Of a DNA stretch of 64,000 nucleotides, positions 56,805 through 64,000 are shown piece by piece. The notes beneath the pieces are model-generated. The model searched no databases. It was not told where the DNA came from and worked only from the letters and a program-made list of their open reading frames with translations. The DNA is from Octopus vulgaris (lineage: Eukaryota). The stretch is taken from the NCBI GenBank assembly GCA_951406725.2, contig OX597839.1, positions 22,940,001 through 23,004,000 on the forward strand, given 5' to 3'. Within the stretch, counting starts at the first letter, position 1. Each line of letters starts with the position of its first letter. The position numbers were made by a program, and so were the translations under genes.

Positions 56805-56847
<43 letters not shown>

Positions 56848-57162
56848 GTATATAGAAATCATCATCATCATCATTTAACAGCCATTGTCCATGCTAGCAT
56901 GGGTTGCACGGTTTGACCAGGGCTGGCACACTGGAAGGCTGCACCAGACCCCAGTCTGATTTGGCATGGTTTTCTACAGCTGGATGCCCTTCCTAACGCC
57001 AACCACTCCAAAAGTGTAATGGGTGCTTTTACATGCCAATATGTGTGCGTGTGTGTGTGTGTGTGTGTAAATAACAAATAAAAGACAGAAGATGGAATAT
57101 ATGAGAATATATTATTAATCACAACAATTGTTTCGACACATCTAGCATCCATTATATATATA

Positions 57163-57575
57163 TTCTTTTACTCTTTTACTCTTTTACTTGTTTCAGTCAT
57201 TTGACTGCGGCCATGCTGGAGCATCGCCTTTAGTCGAGCAACTCGACCCCGGGACTTATTCTTTTGTAAGCCCAGTACTTATTCTATCGGTCTCTTTTGC
57301 CGAACCGCTAAGTAACGGGGACATAAACACACCAGCATCGGTTGTCAAGCAATGCTAGGGGACAAACACAGACACACAAACACACACACGCATACATATA
57401 TATACATATATACGACGGGCTTCTTTCAGTTTCCGTCTACCAAATCCACTCACAAGGCTTTGGTCGGCCCGAGGCTATAGTAGAAGACACTTGCCCAAGG
57501 TGCCATGCAGTGGGACTGAACCCGGAACCATGTGGTTGGCTGACAAGCTACTTACCACACAGCTACTCCTGCGCC
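57163..57575 (-). mobile_element. SINE family A, full length
   Basis: Reverse complement, near-identical. Confidence 0.9.
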
Positions 57576-57608
57576 ATATAATAAATATACACATATATAT
57601 ACATACAG

Positions 57609-57639
<31 letters not shown>

Positions 57640-57672
57640 CATGCAAGCCTTGCATAAGAATACAAGCCAACA

Positions 57673-57886
57673 TTAACCCCACAGCATTCAGATTACTCCA
57701 AATGTTAATGCTTGTTTATTCACATTGTTTTGGATTAATTATGGATTATCTCATAGCTTTGAGATTTCAATGATGGTGTTGATAATCTTTAGAAACACAA
57801 TGTGGAATAGGTGCAAGAGGCCGGAACTGGGTGGTTTGAACAAAAAACCAGGCTGGATGTGACCAGTCTAAATGTTAGAGGGTTAA
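57673..57886 (-). mobile_element. piggyBac-type MITE, same family, reverse orientation
   Basis: TTAA-CCCCACAGCATTCAGA...AATGTTAGAGGG-TTAA; the interior is the reverse complement of the 49.9 kb copy. Confidence 0.7.
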
Positions 57887-58101
57887 AATGATTATACTTC
57901 CAAACTAGAAATTATCTGCTAAGTACCCACGTACGCATACACACACGCACACACACACACACTCGTGCATCCATGCATGCCCACACACATTAGGCATCCA
58001 TCAGAACATGTTTGCATCAGTTATTTTTTTATTATTTTTTTAGCCAATACAAATCTTCCATATTCAAGGCTCACATCTCACTACCATGCATACAGCACCA
58101 C

Positions 58102-58184
<83 letters not shown>

Positions 58185-58191
58185 ACACACA

Positions 58192-58232
<41 letters not shown>

Positions 58233-59131
58233 ACACACACACACACATATATACACACACACACATATACACACACACACATATACACGTGTACATAATA
58301 AACAGATGAACAGATGCAAATGCAAACGCACAACTATTACACGCAAACTGTTTGTAAGACTGATTCTCAGGACGTCCGTGCGTCCATTGAAGGAAACATT
58401 TTCAGCCGCAAAAGTTTTAGATTGTGTTTTTGTTTTTTGTTGTTGTTGGTTTCAACACAGAACAGAAACAATATTATTTTAAAGAAAAACAACATAAACA
58501 AAAAAAAAAAAAACCTGAAGTAAAAACGAAGAACAATGGAACACAAAGTTGCAAAAAGACTTAGGTAAATCGGTACGTACCAGGAAAAGGAGTTATTTCC
58601 CAAAATGAGTGAAATTCCTTAGGATGCTAAAGCAATGTTGTAACAAGTTTTCATGGGAGTACGATAAAAGGGAGGAGGAGGAGAAGAGAGGGAAAGATAG
58701 AGGGGAAGGTAGAGGGGAAGGTCGATGTAGAAATAGAAAGAGATTCCGAAATATAATTTTGCTTTTTGTTTTTCCTTTTTTTTTCTCTTTCTAACTCCAG
58801 CATGGAAAAATGTTTGGTGCATGGGGGAACCGCTTTGAGAACTTATGAATTTTTCAACGCCTTTTAGCAAACAGTCGAGTAATTAGACAATAATTAGCTA
58901 TTTGTTAGGATCTCCGTCACTGTTTCAATCAGGTTACATTCTCTGACACCGGCGCTACCAACAACGCCAGCATTGCTAAAGAGCAATCTAGCAATTTAGC
59001 AAGTTTCCTTCGCCTCCAACAAATGTCAACTTAGCTAAGCTGATCATAAAGCTCTGAGAAAAATGAGTAATAACAGAAAATAGAACAAAATCAACTTATA
59101 AAATAAGTAACATAACCACAGTTTATTATTA

Positions 59132-59168
<37 letters not shown>

Positions 59169-59175
59169 CATTATT

Positions 59176-59282
<107 letters not shown>

Positions 59283-59564
59283 CACCATTGATTTTATTAT
59301 TTTTTTAGGTTTAACAGGAACAATTACAAACGGACAATGGTACACAACGGATAGCCACAGGAATACTTTTCCTAAATATCGTTTGTTCATGGTAGTTCCT
59401 CTTCCGTCTTTTCTTTTGCGTGTGCATACACACATAGATAATAGATGCATACACACACACACACACACACATGCACGCATGCACATATCTGCATGTATGT
59501 ATATATTAAGTATATATATCTTAACCTGAGCCCACCCATGGTTCTGTGTCACAAAATTCGTGTT

Positions 59565-59865
59565 TTAACCTTTTAGCGTTTAAACTGACCATATCTGGCC
59601 CAAATATCGTTCCTGTTTTATGTTGAAACTGACCAGATCTGGCCCAAATATCGTTCCTGTTTTATGTTGAAACTGACCAGATCTGGCCCAAATATCGTTC
59701 CTGTTTTATATTGAAACTGACCAGATCTGGCCTCTCACACCTACCCTACAATGTCATCCTAAACTATCTCACCATCAAAATTTCAAAGCTTCAAGATTAA
59801 TTCAATACAATTTGATTGCCTAAGCATTACATTCGACCAAATAATCTAAATACTAAAATGGTTAA
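59565..59865 (+). mobile_element. piggyBac-type MITE with an internal 44 bp tandem repeat (about 3.4 copies)
   Basis: TTAA-CCTTTTAGCG...TACTAAAATGG-TTAA. The unit AAACTGACCAGATCTGGCCCAAATATCGTTCCTGTTTTATGTTG starts at 59582, 59626, 59670 and 59714. Confidence 0.7.
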
Positions 59866-61077
59866 AGTGATCTAAATTAAAATGTTTCATTAAAATTTCA
59901 GGTTAATTTAAATAATAATAATAATGAAATTATTGTATACAGTGTTCAGGTGCACCACAAACAGCAGATTATATTCCAAACACCAGATTAAGAACAACAA
60001 AACCATTTTACTGAGTTCTTCATTATTTTCAAAATCAACTGGAACAAAGACAGAGTATTTCAACAGAAATATGGCAACAAAAAAGCTGATGGCACCTAAC
60101 CAGCAGAGGAAGAACACTGGCTCTTTTAAGAGGAACCCAAAGATTGGAGGAAGGATCTGCCTCAAATGCTTTCAAAACAGTTATCCCCATGAAGGGTCAA
60201 GTGATGGTGTTGGTTCCTGTAAGGGTCAAGTGGCAGTGTTCAACCCTGTGAGGGATTAAATCCATCCCTCACAAGTAGAAATTGTTCCTCTGACATGCTT
60301 CCAAAGACTCGGGCTGATCAATATAACAGAATACACTTGTCCCAAAATGCTGCAAGATAGAACTGAACCTAACACCACACAATTACAAAGTGAATATTTA
60401 ACCGCTCAGCCACATCAGTTGAAGATTTAGTAAAATAGCTCAGAACAAACAAGAAAAGACTTTTAGAAGCAACATCGAAGAAAGTATCAAATTAAAAACA
60501 AATTAAAAAAATCACTGAAAATGTTTTGTAGAGATTTTAGCGCTGAAACAGTCATGAAATATCAAGGGCTGGTGCTTACACATTTAGCAAACTAGGGGAT
60601 TGGTTGGGGCACTAAAATATTCATGGAATATCCGGCCAAACTAGGTGATCATCCGGGGTGCTAAAATCAGAAACTCTGCAAACAACTTGGACAAAATTTT
60701 ATGATCCATTTAAAAATGTGAAAATTTGGTGAGGTCATTTCTGGAACAAAGAGAGATGGAGGAGAGAGGCTGGTGTCATGTAACAACCTGTCATCGTTAT
60801 CTGACATGAAATATTTCAAATTTTGCCGAGTGACATACATGACAATTCCTTCATGATATGTAAATTAGAAATTTTCAGTTTCATTTTTTTAATTGATGTA
60901 ATGAGGGGAATGGGTGGAGGAGGATGTTTTGGAAAAATAATGGTGAAGGAGGCACTCATTGTAGGGAGAAGGGGAGGGTGAATGGGTAAACACTGCAGAG
61001 GCTGCATGTTGTAGGACTGGAAGAAGGGAGAGGATAATGTTGAGCTGGGGCTGTGGGAAGGAGGGCATACACCACAA

Positions 61078-61215
61078 GGTGGGGAGAAGAGGACACACAC
61101 TGCAAGGCTGGGAGAAGAAAGGCAACACACAGCAGGGCTTCAAGAATAGGGGCACACACTGCAGAGCTTGGAGAATAGGGGCACACACTGCAAGGCTGGG
61201 AAAAGAGGGCACACC
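61078..61215. repeat. About 30 bp minisatellite, 4-5 diverged copies
   Basis: GGGCACACACTGCAAGGCTGGGAGAAGAA-like units. Confidence 0.75.
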
Positions 61216-61391
61216 TTACAGGGGTGAGAGAAATGGGTACACAATGAAGCACTGGCCTAGGGCACCAAATAGCCTGGAAGTAATTCTGTGAATATTCATT
61301 GTGGAATTGTAAAAATCTTTTCTTAATCTATCAATAACAAACAATATCTAAGTAAAAAATATTTATGGAGTTATCTGTATAATCTTACATG

Positions 61392-61437
<46 letters not shown>

Positions 61438-61452
61438 CATCTTCCATTTGTC

Positions 61453-61488
<36 letters not shown>

Positions 61489-61492
<4 letters not shown>

Positions 61493-61706
61493 AAACAAGT
61501 CAAGATAGAAAATGCTAAAATAATTTTATAAAGAACATTTCAGTACCAGTTTCGGTCATTTTGAGACCTTTTCAACTGTAACGATTAAATAATTAAATTT
61601 AGAAAAATTAAAAGAAAAGTTGAAAAGGTTTCAAAATGACCGAAACCGGTACTGAAATGTTCTTTATAAAATTATTTTAGCATTTTCTATCTTGACTTGT
61701 TTTTTC
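61489..61706. mobile_element. Fold-back element (about 89 bp inverted arms, 40 bp spacer) in (TA)n carrying hammerhead-like motifs; probably Penelope-like pLTR-derived
   Basis: Arms 61489-61577 and 61618-61706 are reverse complements with about 2 mismatches. Each contains TTGAAAA-GGTY-loop-GACC-GAAACYGGTA. Confidence 0.8.
61536..61583 (-). ncRNA. Minimal type I hammerhead ribozyme-like motif (U3-A8 variant)
   Basis: Minus strand reads CGTTACAG TTGAAAA GGTC TCAAAAT GACC GAAA CTGGT A CTGAAATG. Stem I is CGTTACAG/CTGAAATG (7 of 8 pairs including one G-U). Stem II is GGTC/GACC. Stem III is minimal and the cleavage triplet is GUA. Activity is untested. Confidence 0.6.
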
Positions 61707-62159
61707 ATATATATATATGAAGTTGTATATATATAATAGGTATATATGTACACACTGAGAAAATAGAAAGATGAACACTGGTTTCATTCTGTTGCTGTTG
61801 CTAAGAAGCTGAGAGAGGACAAAAATGAGACAAATACTTAAGAATTTAATACAGTAGGAATATGGAAACTGATCCGTGGCAAGTCTGTTTATCATTCGCG
61901 AAGTAAGTGCAATTGGCCAGGGGTCACTTTGCAGATGCGAAAGAAGATTCTGTCGATATTTAACAATTCAGCGTGATTTATTGACCTGGCCACCCACTAG
62001 AATTACCGATGATGACGGTAGTGGAAGGCTGCTTAGTAAATTGGTTGTGCCAGACAAAAACTCATTTACATAATGGTACAAGGTTGACAATTCAGACAGT
62101 AATTACTTCAGAATCAATACAAAATGGGCAATGAATAAACACATATATACAGAGAAAGA

Positions 62160-62213
<54 letters not shown>

Positions 62214-62383
62214 CACATATATATATATATACACTTTAATATTATGGAATCACTACAGTATGACTTATATATATGTGGAATGCGTAGAAGTTTTTGTATG
62301 TATGTATGTATGTATGTGTATGTGTGTGTATATATGTGTGTGTGTATATGGAAAACGGACGCTAAATGATGATGATGATGATG

Positions 62384-62420
<37 letters not shown>

Positions 62421-62441
62421 TATATACATACATATATATAC

Positions 62442-62510
<69 letters not shown>

Positions 62511-62527
62511 CATACATATATACATAC

Positions 62528-62562
<35 letters not shown>

Positions 62563-62569
62563 AAATATA

Positions 62570-62957
62570 TTCTTTTATTGTTTCAGTCATTCAACTGTGG
62601 CCATGCTGGTGCACTGTCTTTAGTGAAGCAAATTGACCCCAGGGCTTATTTTTTGAAAAGCTTAACACTTACTCTATTCTTTTTGCCAAACCGCTAAGTT
62701 ACAGGGGTGTAAACACACCAGCATCGGTTATCATGCGATGTTGGGGGTCACACATACACACACACATACACATATATGTATATACATATATACGATGGGC
62801 TTCTTTCAGTTTCCGTCTACCAAATCCACACACAAGACTTTGGTCGGCCCAGAGTTATAGTAGAAGACACTTGCCCAAGGTGCCACACAGTGTGACTGAA
62901 CCCAGAACCATGTGGTTGGTAAGCAAGCAACCTACCACACAGCCACTTCTGCACCTA
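62570..62957 (-). mobile_element. SINE family A, moderately diverged
   Basis: Reverse-complement match. Confidence 0.85.
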
Positions 62958-62973
62958 TATATACAATTATAGA

Positions 62974-63144
62974 AGGGTACCGGGATACCACTTGCTAGAA
63001 ATAGGAGTTAACACTTCAAAGCCACAAACTTCTCACTATTATACAAGGTAAGGCCTATTTTTATTACCTTCATTCTATTCACCATGCATGTTGTGGTTCT
63101 GGAGTGTTAATCCCTATTTCTAGGAAGTGGTATTCTGGTACCCT
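62974..63144. mobile_element. MITE-like element with about 54 bp imperfect terminal inverted repeats
   Basis: AGGGTACCGGGATACCACTTGCTAGAAATAGGAGTTAACAC..CCACAA (62974-63027) pairs with TTGTGG..GTGTTAATCCCTATTTCTAGGAAGTGGTATTCTGGTACCCT (63091-63144). Confidence 0.75.
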
Positions 63145-64000
63145 AATTTATTTCTATATTTTACTTATTTAGGTTAAAGTTGCTGGCGACTTTATTGTTA
63201 TTGTTATTTTTAATAATTTTAATAATACTTTATTAGATTTTATCATCATCATCATCAACATATATACATGTATGTATGTGTATATACATTCATACATATA
63301 TATATATATATATGTACATACATACATATATATATATATAGATAGATACATACATACATATACACACACACGCATGCACGCGCATATACACATATAATTA
63401 TTGTATGTATTTAATAGTATGATACCAATTCACATGAACTATGAAGAAGAGAGAAAGAGATAGTTTTATCTCTTTCTATTTAATCTCACAATAAAATTCA
63501 AGTGCAAGAGAATAAGGATCTAAGTATATTTCCTCTCCATGTCTGCATAGATTAAAACGTAACACAACACTCACATGCCAAATACTGAGGCTGGAATTAA
63601 AGTGGTTCACATCCTTATCTTTATCGTTCGACTTCCGAGTGAAGAGTCACTAAAGTGAAATTATACTTAAAGTGGATTTGATAGTTTTTGCATGTTATTA
63701 TATGATGAGAGTGGTTATTCCCAGGACGAGGGTCTTTCCGTTCCAATACGTGGTTGCGGATCACGTAGAACTTGCAAGACAAATATAACAATTTAGAATG
63801 TTTCAGCCTGGCCATAAATATTGTTAGGTGTGGCCTGGAAATGGTAATATATTCACAACATGTTCACTTTTAAGATTTATAATATTATAATGAGTTGTCA
63901 GAAAAGGTTAGAAGAAGGGACAGAGAGCAGACATTTAAGGGAGACAGCAACGATAGCAAGAAGTACATGAAGAGTACGCATAGGATAAAACAGAAAAGGG

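Overview
This is eukaryotic DNA, not prokaryotic. It is AT-rich and full of microsatellites and tRNA-derived SINEs whose heads and tails look like octopus repeats; the taxon is inferred from repeat content. Almost all entries in the ORF track are microsatellite or SINE translation artefacts. The window appears to be intronic sequence of one large minus-strand gene. I can support one internal coding exon (32304-32586) encoding the first half of a LIM zinc-finger domain, and a probable alternative first coding exon (12514-12596) whose donor has the same phase. The rest is at least five SINE types, an R4/Dong-like LINE end inside (TAA)n, three RTE-like 3' ends, a fold-back mariner relic, a non-autonomous Helitron, TTAA-flanked piggyBac-type MITEs, several short fold-back elements and young tandem arrays (333, 156, 70, 51, 44 and 16 bp units). 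The most notable signal is that several fold-back elements carry minimal type I hammerhead ribozyme motifs of the Penelope-like kind, with a U3-A8 core variant and a compensatory stem change between copies. Repeat boundaries were read by eye and are approximate to about 10 bp. Exon boundaries were counted exactly. I see no evidence of a wholly new multi-gene system.
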